Made by a program: the position numbers and the translations under genes
Shown here: positions 63,303 through 64,000 of the stretch, in pieces
Numbering within the stretch: the first letter of the stretch is position 1
Layout of the letters: the number at the start of each line of letters is the position of its first letter
Origin: Lytechinus pictus
Taxonomy: Eukaryota
Assembly: GCF_037042905.1 (NCBI RefSeq)
Contig: NC_087250.1
Coordinates: 26,910,001-26,974,000, forward strand
Length of the DNA stretch: 64,000 bases
Reading direction: 5' to 3'
Notes under the pieces: model-generated
The model's database searches: none
Told to the model about the DNA's origin: nothing
The model's input: only the letters and a program-made list of their open reading frames with translations

Positions 63303-64000
63303 AGAATATAAATTTGACTGGGGTTGATGTAAATTTGAAAAGCAAGAAAAAATTGGTTTTAACAAATGGAGAGAATTTGGGTCCAGAAACATTTTGATTT
63401 GAAAAGCAAAATGAAAAAAAAGGTTTTACATCAAAATAGAGAGGAAATTGGTCCCGAGAAATTTGAAAAAAAGGCCGCTGCAATATAATATTCCCTTAAT
63501 TTTATACTGTTCCCCATTTTTACACTTCTTCCAGAACTTGGTGTGCTGCCTATATACACGAAGCAATAGTGAATGATTTTTTTTTTGTAGCACCAGTGCC
63601 ATGCTATTACATCCATTCCTCTAAGCTATTAATTTTCAACATTCAAAAGGAAAATTGTGGCGTTCGTTTACATCCTTTTAGCGATTCAGTCTATTTAATC
63701 GAAACGCATGATCATTTCCCAAGTCTGTCGAATTTCCCCCCGACTCGGAGTTTTGCATGGTATAAAATAGCACATTAATTCGTAGCAACTATATTTGACC
63801 CATTTTACATAAGAACGGGGAAATATAAACGGAAAATTAATCCTTTAAAATAATAAACCTTTTTTTTCAGTCAATCTTTTTTAATAATCACCCCTTTCAC
63901 ATTTCCATAACACACATAATTTGATTTTCTAGGAGAATTTATTTCTGTTGTCTCTAGCTTTTATATACGATGAAACCAAATGACCCCAATTAAGTGCGCA

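Overview
Intron-rich, AT-rich animal genomic DNA. The repeat families resemble those of an echinoderm, probably a sea urchin, but that is an inference. The main gene is a minus-strand DNMBP/Tuba (dynamin-binding protein, Cdc42 GEF) orthologue. I could splice 13 coding exons with canonical GT-AG boundaries and consistent phases, from the ATG at 24774 down to 448. They total 3876 nt (1292 codons) and encode five SH3 domains, a long Pro-rich linker, a coiled coil and most of the DH domain. The gene continues off the left edge. A likely non-coding first exon/promoter lies near 59.7-59.9 kb, which would make intron 1 about 35 kb. That intron is packed with TTAA-flanked (Kolobok/T2-like), Harbinger-like, hAT and Helentron-type non-autonomous elements, often nested, plus tRNA-derived SINEs and three tandem arrays (119, 59 and 173 bp units). 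Two different 5'-truncated R4/Dong-type LINEs sit in a (TAA)n microsatellite at the right end. The most notable observations are a candidate alternative terminal exon, repeated duplication of exon ends/splice donors into introns, a fifth N-terminal SH3, a MITE-derived satellite, and abundant TACATGTA insertions that look like transposon excision footprints. There is no evidence of a prokaryotic or CRISPR-type system.
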